Position numbers and translations under genes: made by a program
Assembly (NCBI GenBank): GCA_013239625.1
Contig: MU054323.1
Coordinates: forward strand, 2,542,001 to 2,590,915
DNA: 48,915 bases
Direction of reading: 5' to 3'
Origin: Lama guanicoe
Taxonomy: Eukaryota
Shown here: piece after piece, positions 39,322 through 48,915 of the stretch
Numbering within the stretch: position 1 is the stretch's first letter
How the letters are laid out: the number at the start of each line of letters is the position of its first letter
Notes under the pieces: generated by a model
Told to the model about the DNA's origin: nothing
Database searches by the model: none
What the model saw: only the letters and a program-made list of their open reading frames with translations

Positions 39322-40276
39322 TTTTTTAACATCTTTTATTGATTTATAATCATTTTACAATGTTGTGTCAAATTCCAGTCTAGAGCACAATTTTTCAGTT
39401 ATACATGAACATATACATATATTCATTGTCACATTTTTTTCTCTGTGAGCTACCATAAGATCTTGTGTATATTTCCCTGTGTTATACAGTATAATCTTGT
39501 TTATCTATTCTACAGTTTTGAAATCCCATCTATCCCTTCCTTCCTCTGCCCCCTTGGCGACCACAATTTTGTATTCTATGTCTATGAGTCTGTTTCTATT
39601 TTGTATTTATGCTTTGTTTGTTTGTTTGTTTGTTTTTTAGATTCCACATATGAGCAATCTCATATGGTATTTTTCTTTCTCTTTCTGGCCTACTTCACTT
39701 AGGATGACATTCTCCAGGAGCATCCATGTTGCTGCAAATGGAGTTATGTTGTTGGGTTTTATGGCTGAATAGTATTCCATTGTATAAATATACCACCTCT
39801 TCTTTATCCAGCCATCTATTGATGGATATTTAGGCTGTTTCCATGTCTTGGCTATTGTAAATAGTGCTGCTATGAACATTGGGGTGCAGGTGTCATCCTG
39901 AAGTAGGGTTTCTTCTGGATACAAGCCCAGGAGTGGGATTCCTGGGTCATATGGTAAGTCTACTCCTAGTCTTTTGAGGAATCTTCATACTGTTTTCCAC
40001 AGTGGCTGCACCAAACTGCATTCCCACCAGCAGTGTAGGAGGGTTCCCCTTTCTCCACAGCCTCTCCAGCATTTGTCATTTGTGGATTTTTGAATGATGG
40101 CCATTCTGACTGGTATGAGGTGATACCTCATTGTAGTTTTGATTTGCATTTCTCTGATAATCAGTGATATTGAGCATTTTTTTCATGTGCCTATTGATCA
40201 TTTGTATGTCTTCCTAGGAGAACTGCTTGTTTAGGTCTTTTGCCCATTTTTGGATTGGGTTGTTTGGTTGTTTCTT
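39322..40276 (-). mobile_element. Young 5'-truncated camelid-type L1 (ORF2 C-terminus plus 3' UTR)
   Basis: ORF 39637-39924(-) reads TCTPMFIAALFTIAKTWKQPK...WYIYTMEYYSAIK. Poly(T) at the left end. Perfect TSD AAAACTAAATATACTCTT at 39304-39321 and 40277-40294. Confidence 0.95.
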
Positions 40277-43194
40277 AAAAACTAAATATACTCTTACCGT
40301 TCAATTCAGCAATTGTGCTCCTTGGTATTTTCCAAAGGAGCTGAAAACATATTTCCACACAAAAAAACCTACACACAGATGTTTATAGCAGCTTTTTTTC
40401 TCATAATTGCTAAAACTTGGAAGCAACCAAGATGTCCTTTGGTAGGTGATTGAATAAATAAACTGGTATATCCAGACAATGGACTGCTATTCAGCAGTAA
40501 AAATAAATGATCTATCAAGCCATAAAAACACAAGAAGGAACTTTAAATGTATATTACTAAGTGAAAGAAGTTAATCTTAAAAGGCTACACACTGTATTAT
40601 TCCAATTATATGACATTCTGGAAAAGGCAAAACTAGGAAGACATTAAAAAGATTGGTGGTTGCCAGGGTTTAAATGGGGTGAGGAGAGATGACTAAGTAG
40701 AGCCCAAATGTAAAAATGCAAAACTATAAAAGTTCTAGAGGAAAACACTTTAGAAAATCTGTGTGACTTTGGGTTCAGCGATGAGATACAACATCAAGAT
40801 CATAATTCATGAAAGAACAAAATAGATGTTTGACTTTATTAGGATTAAAACATGCTCTGTAAAAGATGATGATAAAAGAATCAAAAGTCACACACTGGAA
40901 GAAAATATTCACAAAACACATATCGGATGAAAGAGATTTGTATCTAAAATATTCAAAGAACTCAAACCTCAACAATTAAAAAAATAAACAACTTAATTTT
41001 TTTAAATAAGCAAAAGATTTGACCAGACAGCTCACCAAAGAAGATACACAGATATAGATATAGATATAGATATTGATATACACACACACATATATACACT
41101 TACACATATATATAGCAAATAATCATGAAAAGATGCTCAACATCATTTGTCATCAGTAAAATTCAAATTAAAACAATGAGATAACTCTACACATCTATTT
41201 TTGACTACAGTATGAAAAACTGACAACACTAATTTCTGATAAGCTTTCAAAGCAATAAGAACTCTCATTCATTGCTGGTAGGAATGAAAATGGTAAGGCA
41301 CTTTGGAAAAGTTTGACAGTTTCTCACAGAGCTTAGCATAGTCTTTCCGTACAATTCAGCAATCAAGCTACTAGGTATTTACCAAAGTGATCTAAAACTT
41401 ATGTCCACACAAAGATATCCATAGAAATGTTTACAGCAGCTTTATTCATAATCACCAAACCTGGAAGTAATGAAGATGCCCTCAGTAGGTGAATGGATAA
41501 GCTGAACATCCATTTCTATTCAGTAATGAAAGGGAATGGGCTATCAAGCAATGCAAAAACACAGGCACATATTGCTAAGTGAAAGAAGCCAATCTCAAGA
41601 TTACCTACTGGATACTTCCAATTATATGACATTCTGAAAAAGACACACCTATAGAGGTGGTAAATAGATCAATGGTTGCCAGGTGTGTAGGAAGCAACAG
41701 CATAAGGGATTTTTTAGGGCCCTGAAACTAATTTGTATGATATTTGCAATTGTGGATACAGGACATTATGCATTTTTCAAAACCCAGTGAGTGGCATCTG
41801 TAAGACTAAAGCAAAAAGAACTGCACATAAGCACTGTACTCTAGCTAGTTGTTTCCCATAGGAATATGAGATAACAACTCTGACACCACTGTACATCTCC
41901 ACTAGAATTGCACAACTAAGTAATGAAAGGCAATGCTGGGAACCAGATTTCTCACTGCTGGAGTGGGAGGTTACAGACAAGCAAGGGGAGAGGGCTGGAA
42001 TGATTCACAAAGTAATGGATTAGAGTTGGAAAGATCAGCATGAACTCATGTTTAGTTTGATATAGATGTGGGTGGACACATAGAAATACTTATGGATTTA
42101 TTTATATACATAGGTTAGTAGGCATTTATACATTTTCTTGCTCTGTCAGCTGAAAGGGCCTAGAAACAATGACACCCTGGTAGAAATGAACACATCTAGC
42201 ATTGCTATCTTGGTTTCTAATCCCTTTTCCTAATAAAAGGAACTAAGGCCCCTTGGAGAAATGACTGGCATTCCAGGGCAGGGACAAGGAATATAAAAGA
42301 TGAGCCTGGAGCATCTTGTACTGTCAGAAAGTGAAGACATACGAACAAAAAACCATAATGCTGGAAGTATGTCCAAGAGGCACGGGATCCAACTGAAAGG
42401 GTTTCCAATGCCAAAGCAGGAACAGTACGTGCAACAAAAAAAAATAAAGTGACATTAGTTATAACCCAAAGTATAAAATGAGTTATACTAATAAAAATTA
42501 GTAAATGAATAGATTAATAAATAGGGGGAATAGAAAAATATCCCATGCAGAAGAACTCCAAATAATTTATGTAGATACTCTGTCTTCAAGGAGGTGTAAC
42601 TACTCACTGCTAAAGTGTGGGCTGCATCTAGTCATCACTTAATTCTAAAAAGTACAGGATGGAAAGGGGAAAAGAAAGAGAACAGTGAAAGAACCTGATG
42701 GACACTACCTCAACCAGGCGACCAACATTAACTCAACAGTGATGAGTCATGTTCACAGTCTGCACCCTTGATCTGATGGGATGAGAACGGCACGATACCT
42801 TTGTGGTCTTCCTCCTCAAAGTCCATAAACAGTCTAGTCATAAGAACCTGACAAACACTACCTCAACCAGGCGACCAACATTCATGAAATTTTTGCAAAT
42901 TTACTACTCTAAAATTAATAGTTTATTTTTAGTATCAGAGAAGTAAATAGACTGTCCAGTAAACTAAAAATTAGTTCAACTTCACTAATAAATATGAAAT
43001 ATAAATTTAAAAAGAAAAAAATGAAAAGGCATGCTACTGATGGATTATCTTGTGTCAGATCAATCCTGCCAAGAACACCTACAAAAAATGGATAAAATTT
43101 TTAAAATATCTTTTAAACCTATTTCAACAGAAACATTCATTTTGCCTCTATTTGAAGGCAGCCAAGGACTTGAGGAATGTTGGTAAACATCCCT

Positions 43195-44070
43195 ATCCAA
43201 TAAAGTTTGACAAATGTATACAGTTGTGTGACAACCCACGAACTATATGGGACATTTCCATCAAGTCAACAATCTCTCTCAGTCCCTTTGTAGGTAATTC
43301 TTCTCTCAAACCTAGAAAGGCAACTGCTGTCTTTCTGTCACTATAGTTGCCTTTTCTGGCATTTCATATAAACGGACTACTGTATGTAGTCTTTTATGTC
43401 TGTCTTTTTTCTCTTAGCTTATTGCTCTTGAGATTCAATCATGTATACATGTATCAACATTTTTCCTTTTTATTGATAAGTTGTTTTCCTTTATATGTAT
43501 ACACCACAACATTGTTTAAAATCTGTATAGCAGTTGATGAATATTTGGGTTGTTTCCCATTTAGTATGATTATAAAAGGTACTATGAACATTCCCAAACA
43601 AAATTGTGTATGCACATGTTTTCATTTCTCTTGGATAAATTTTAGAGAAAAGGAATGTTGAGTCATATGGTAAGTGTATGGTAACTTTATAAGAAATTAC
43701 CAAAATGTGTTCCAAAGTGGCTACAACATTTTTTATTTCCCTTTGCAATACGTGAGAGTTCCAATTGCTCTATATCCTCGATAACACTTGGTATTTTTTT
43801 TTATTTAGCCATTCTAAATGGTGTGCAGTGTATCTCACTATAATTAGGTTGTCTTATTCTCTCTCTCTTTTTTTTTCAGTTGTATGAGTTCTTTATATCT
43901 TACAGCTACAAGTCCTTTTTCAAATATTTATTTTGCAAGTATCTTCTCCCAGTCTGTGGTTTATCATTTAATTTTCTTAATAGAGTCTTTTCTTATATTT
44001 TGAAGAGCAGAGACGTTTGTTACCTGTATTTTTGTGTTCTATCTAAGAAATTTTTGCCTTTTTTTTTTTT
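43195..44070 (-). mobile_element. Old L1M (L1ME/L1MC-like) 3' end
   Basis: 'tttgacaaatgtatacagttgtgtgac...gccttttctggcatttcatataaacgg...ttccaaagtggctacaacatttt' is an antisense L1 ORF2 end and 3' UTR. Confidence 0.8.
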
Positions 44071-44289
44071 TGCAGCAAGTCAGGCTGAGTGATAAGTGGG
44101 GTATGTAGGTATCTAGAGGTTCAGGACTTTTGGACAAATACACTGTTCTCACCACAGGTCTTTGTGGCGAAACCAGATCCATGTAACCTATGCTGGCCTG
44201 AGTTTTCATGCTCTCTGCTCATCTGCTAAATAGAATTTTTTCTGTCCTTAACTCCTAATGGTAACAACGACTTCCACTGGATAGCCCTT

Positions 44290-44495
44290 TGGATATTCCA
44301 AAGTGTTTTCAAATATTTTAATTTATTTGATCCCTATAGCCCTGTGAGGTAGGATGAAACGTCTACTGTTGGGTTTTCTTTTGTTTGACACACAAACTTC
44401 TACTATCCCAAATGCACAGCTGAGAATTTAAGTGCCTTGCTTAAGGCCGCATAGATATTGAGGGATGACGTTAAGACTGAAACCCAAGTCTTCTG
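44290..44495 (-). mobile_element. MIR SINE (degraded)
   Basis: 'tttgatccctatagccctgtgaggtagg...ttgcttaaggccgcatag...gaaacccaagtcttctgac'. Confidence 0.55.
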
Positions 44496-45169
44496 ACAGA
44501 ACGCATGGTAGGTACCTCCTGTTTTCCTTGCATAAGTGCTTGAACAATGGTGGCCAGGCCCAAGTCATCTCTGTAGTTAAGGTCAGGCCAGGGAAGAGAG
44601 TCATGAAGAAGGTCTGAGACAACCTGATAATGCATTATCATCCCATGTCCAAACAAAGGCTCCGAGACACCGCAGGGAATTAGATAAATCTGAGGTCTGA
44701 ATCCAGTTTGGCTAGCTTTGAAAAATGTTGTCTTCTGAGTCAATGTGTTCCCTTAAAGTATTTGAGAATCATTTCCCACTCATTAGATATGTGTTTCTTA
44801 ACTCTGATAATCAGTGTCTTCCTAATACTATGAGCTAAGATTTTTGAGCACTTATGTATCAGAAACTGTAATACACTTTATTTACAGCATTTAAACCTCA
44901 AAACACCTGTCTGAAGTATATAATCTCATACAAATTTACCAAAAAATATAACAGAAATTATAGTTTGCCTGAGCCCCTGCAGATCATATGTTGGAGATTC
45001 AAGACATTCTGACTCCAAACTAAACTCTAAACTCTCAGGAACTAAATCTATACTACCTGTCATGTTTAAAATGAGCACATTAATTCCTACTGCATAAAGT
45101 TGCTTTGCAAATGTCAGACTCTGAATACTTGTCTTTATTCAATTTCCCCCCCTTCTCAGTACACGAGAG

Positions 45170-45520
45170 GATTAAAGCTTCTAACCCGGCTTGCAGTTGG
45201 GTGAGGTCCTATGATTAGTTCTTTTAACGGGTTATGGACAGAACAGACTTGTGCCACTTGGGGGATGGAACATTTAATTGTCAGTACGGGATCATTCAGT
45301 TCCCATTGTGCCTGGGAGATTACGGAAGTGTGTGTTGATATGGAAGTGTCATAAGTTTCAGATACCCTGGAATGTTGAGCCAACACATGGAGGACAGCTG
45401 CCTTGGAACGTTTTGCAGAGTGAACTTTGGACAAGAGAGAAATAAACTTGTCTTAAACCAATGAGATCTGGGGAGGGGGGTTGTTGCCATAGCAAAACCT
45501 AGTGCATCCTGGTATATACA
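45170..45520 (+). mobile_element. MLT1J-like MaLR LTR
   Basis: 'cttgcagttgggtgaggtcctatgattagttct...gagagaaataaactt...gttgttgccatagcaaaacctagtgcatcctggtatataca'. Confidence 0.75.
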
Positions 45521-45559
45521 ACACCGTGCCTGGGGTTGCAGTGATGGTGGTGATGTTTT

Positions 45560-47095
45560 AGTGGTGACTGGCTTTGATGTTATAGTCCATAAAGACCATC
45601 AAGCCATTTCCCAAAAGTAACCCCTTTGTGGTCTTTGACCCCTCTTCTATAGATAGGCAAAATAATATTTTCATTATCAAAGAAGCAAAATAAAAATGAT
45701 GTATTTGTAAAACGTAATTCAATGATGAAGACAAGGAATGGATATATTGCCTGGAGTGTTCAGCAGAAGTTTAAGCATCAGATAAACAGTCTTTCTCCTT
45801 GAGTTGATTCTGGAGGCTCTCAATCTACTTACAAGTAATTATAAAGACATTATACTCACAAGCATGAATGGATTACAAACCATTCCACCACCAAGTAAAT
45901 TCACGCAGTCTTCTTGATCTCTATCAGGAAGGCCTTCCCCTCTTTAACAAGTTCCACATTGCAGACAAACCTTTCTGCCATCTGCTCGAAGGGAAACATG
46001 TGGCGAGATCCTGCATTTGAACGTTTTGCCCTTGGTAAGGAAAGAGACCTCGGGGAATTTTTTTTGGAAAACCATGCTCTTGGCACAGAACATGTGGCCA
46101 AGGTTTGCCCTTTGTCCCTTGTGTGAAATGATCTATTGTGCTATGACTGTCACTTTGAATAAATGTGTATGAGATCATATTTACGTATGCTAACTGCTAG
46201 TGTGGTCTCCAGTGGTGATGGAGATGGTGAATCCCCACACTGCCATACTGAGGATTTCAATTGGGTGATGATATCAATGTCTTCTAAGCCGCAAAAGGAA
46301 ATGAGCCATCCTTTAAAGCTCTGTAGCCTTTCTCAACTGCAGCTGTTGCATGTTGCCCTGCCTTTCTCCTCTTTCTTCTTCATCAGGCTAAGTCCTCCTG
46401 ATTCTTCTTACATGCTTTCTCTGACCATCCCATGTGGGTTAAGCAACTCTCTCTTTGTTCCTTTTACCCTATTCTTACCCCTCTCCCAGTAAAATACAAA
46501 GGATATTTGGATATGATGTGGTTACATATAATGCTAGAGCTTTCTTGCTGACTGGAGAAAGTTTTGTGATGTTTCAAAGTTGTATCATTGTGTGTACATT
46601 TTCTGTGCCATGGGCATCGATTTTCATATGCAACTTAAAGCAAGAAGTGGAACATCCCACTATAGGTGATTTAAAGCTTTTTCCTCATCCAGACAGCACA
46701 CATGAGATCAATTCTACAGAAGCCACCAAAGAGAATTCAAATAGTTTCAAGAACCCTGAGATTAGAGAGGAGACGAGACAGAGCATCACACTCATCGTAC
46801 CAAGAAAGAAAGCAACTTCCATTTTGAAGAGCACACTTGATATGATCAAAGCAATCTGTATGGACAGCCACTCCACACTCAGATTCTACACTTTGATCAA
46901 ATGACTGGCAAAAGCTAAGGATTCAGTGTGACTAGTAACAAGAGATCCCAAGACGAGGCAAGAAGTAGACATCCAAACACATACTTTGAGCTGGAATGAG
47001 AGCAAACGTGGCATATACCAAGATGGTCCAGTTTGGATCATAATCAGTTGGAGCCTTCAAACATTGCAGTTTATAATTCAGACTAGAATCTTAGT
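45560..47095 (+). mobile_element. Putative ancient CR1-clade LINE ORF2 (reverse transcriptase and downstream region) fossil, interrupted at ~46310-46690
   Basis: Manual multi-frame translation shows collinear degenerate motifs: PFPK...DPS-YR, SDKQ, HEWI...IHAVF-LDL..KAF, QG...NDL, YAN, W...MSSKPQK, KKA..STLDMIK, DP...DIQ..ELE..TKMV, Y..RL. Not validated by alignment. Confidence 0.5.
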
Positions 47096-47539
47096 GGGAG
47101 GTAAGAGGGGAAGGATTTGCAAACTCACACACACAAAAATAGACATATAAGATTTGTTTTATCATCAGCTAAATATGACTCATTCTTAACAAATTTTTCT
47201 ATGGTCTTCAAATACTATTATAGATAAATGAGTAGACTAGATGGTCCTGCCTGTTTCAGTCAAGTTTTCAGGGCAGATGTGAACAAAACTACATAAGTTA
47301 TCCACTTTACTGAATCCTGTCTTAAGGAAGTGGATTTCTGCCCAAGTGTACTGAATGTTATAACAGCACTTACCATATTCCACATATCAGCTCATGGGCT
47401 CATTTCTCTTGAGAGCAGTGTGTTAGACATTTTTTATGGCTCACATGTTAACATGGCAATTAATGGACTAACACATTGGTTAATATAACTGGCACAGCAT
47501 GAAAGCTATCATTCTAATCTTTGGGTAGAGGAGAGTTTC

Positions 47540-47900
47540 TGGAAGTGACAAAGTTAACTGATAATACAAAAATGGAAAATTTGTTCACATTAAAATCAAA
47601 ATCTGTGTTATGACAAAACAGTCTTTAAAAACAAAATGTTAAGGTAGAGACTGGGAGATATGCTGTAACACATGTAACTGATACTAGCATAAGCATAAAA
47701 ATTATAATACTTCTACAAATCAAAAACAAAAAAAATAAAAAGACAAATAGACAAAAGACAAAGATATTTTATAAAAGAGGAATTATGTATGACCAATTAA
47801 TATATGAAAAAGCATTTGATTTCAAAAGGGATGAGATAAATGCAAATCAAAGTCACAGTGAGATAACATTTTAGAACCAAAATCAATGGTAAATTAGAAG
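47540..47900 (+). mobile_element. Old L1M ORF2 3' fragment
   Basis: 'aggtagagactgggagata...aaatgcaaatcaaagtcacagtgagataacatttt'. Confidence 0.65.
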
Positions 47901-48342
47901 GACCATGTTCTGCCTCTCAAAGCTGACATGATTTTGCTGTGTGCAAATGGGAAGAGAAGTATACATGTTGCTCATGATTAACTCTGTACTCTGATTAACA
48001 CTGGCTAGTCACCTCAGTTCTAGGTGACACATGACATCATTTCTTATTTGATGGCAGGTTCCCCATGTAACATGTAGAACTGCTTTTAGAATGTCATAAA
48101 ATTTGATTTGTGCTATTCCTTGTCAAGCATTAAATTGCTGTATTTAAATTGGAAATAAAAAAGGACTAACATCCCCTCTAGTCTGAGTATTGTTTAACAT
48201 AACATTGAATGTTACTAAAGGAGTCACATGTCCCTCAGAGATAAAGACTGATTTCCTAGCTTCTTTGTGTAAGTTCCAAAAAAAAATTGATGATTTAATT
48301 TTTTTAAAAAAAAGCTATAATGACCATAGTATTAAGGATTGA

Positions 48343-48915
48343 GTGAGATGATACCTCATTGTAGTTTTGATTTGCATTTCTCTGATAATTAGTGATATTG
48401 AGCATTTTTTCATGTGCCTTTTGATCATTTGTATGTCTTCCTTGGAGAATTGCTTGTTTAGGTCTTCTGCCCATTTTTGGATTGGGTTGTTTATTTTTTT
48501 TCTTATTGAGTCGTATGAGCTGCTTATATATTCTGGAGATCCAGCCTTTGTCGGTTTCACTTGCAAAAATTTTCTCCCATTCCGTAGGTTTTCTTCTTGT
48601 TTTACTTCTGGTTTCCTTTGCTCTGCAGAAGCTTGTAAGTTTCATTAGGTCCCATTTGTTTCTTCTTGCTTTTATTTCTTCTAGGAGAAAATTTTTGAAA
48701 TGTATGTCAGATAATGTTTTGCCTATGTTTTCTTCTAGGAGGTTTATTGTAGCTTGTCTTATGTTTAATTCTTTGATCCATTTTGAGTTGATTTTTGTAT
48801 ATGGTGTAAGGGAGTGTTCTAGCTTCACTGTTTTACATGCTGCTGTCCAGTTTTCCCAACACCATTTTCTGAAGAGACTGTCTTTATTCCATTGTATATT
48901 CTTGCCTCCTTTGTC
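48343..48915 (-). mobile_element. Young camelid-type L1 ORF2 segment running off the window
   Basis: ORF 48304-48828(-) reads [24 protein letters not shown]...KPTEWEKIF, followed by a frameshift to [14 protein letters not shown]. Closely similar to the copy at 40120-40276. Confidence 0.95.

Larger units (their letters stand above)
33535..42930 (+). mobile_element. Near full-length, dead L1MD-like LINE (5' UTR, ORF1, ORF2, 3' UTR) with nested insertions and deletions
   Basis: 5' end resembles L1MDa. ORF1 remnants at ~34350-35250 (EFKTTVINMLRALMDKVDNMQEQMG). ORF2 starts ~35900 and resumes at 37237 (GWGKIYHANTNQNKA...IIILNVYVPNNRA). RT motif at ~38830-38905. L1MD-type 3' UTR at ~41800-42930. 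Confidence 0.85.

Noticed and set aside
46261..46284. LGDDINVF as the RT catalytic xxDD motif
   Set aside because: It lies too far from the NDL motif and overlaps, in another frame, the W...MSSKPQK segment expected downstream of the active site. YAN at 46186 fits the spacing better. Not fully excluded.
46455..46904. 149-aa ORF as a host protein-coding exon
   Set aside because: It starts at a non-ATG codon and I recognise no host protein. Its 3' half is better explained as part of the putative CR1-like fossil.
48304..48828. 174-aa ORF as a gene
   Set aside because: It is an L1 ORF2 fragment with a frameshift near an A-run.

Overview
Repeat-rich, apparently non-coding mammalian DNA, either intronic or intergenic. 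It is very probably from a camelid (alpaca/llama/camel), inferred from two tRNA-derived Vic-1-type SINEs and young L1 copies resembling alpaca L1. I cannot support any host protein-coding exon, RNA gene or CRISPR array. The ORF-track entries are explained by chance, microsatellites or transposon remnants. The first ~22 kb is unique sequence with MIR, L2, MER20, MER103C-like, MER21 and MER74-like fossils. From ~22.6 to 44 kb the window is dominated by nested L1s: a near full-length old L1MD-like element holds two younger L1 insertions, one of which has both L1 ends but no ORFs. The most interesting observation is a heavily eroded but collinear set of CR1-clade reverse-transcriptase motifs at ~45.56-47.1 kb, which is hidden from the ORF track. 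All repeat family names are from recall of consensus sequences, not from a search, and boundaries of old repeats are approximate.
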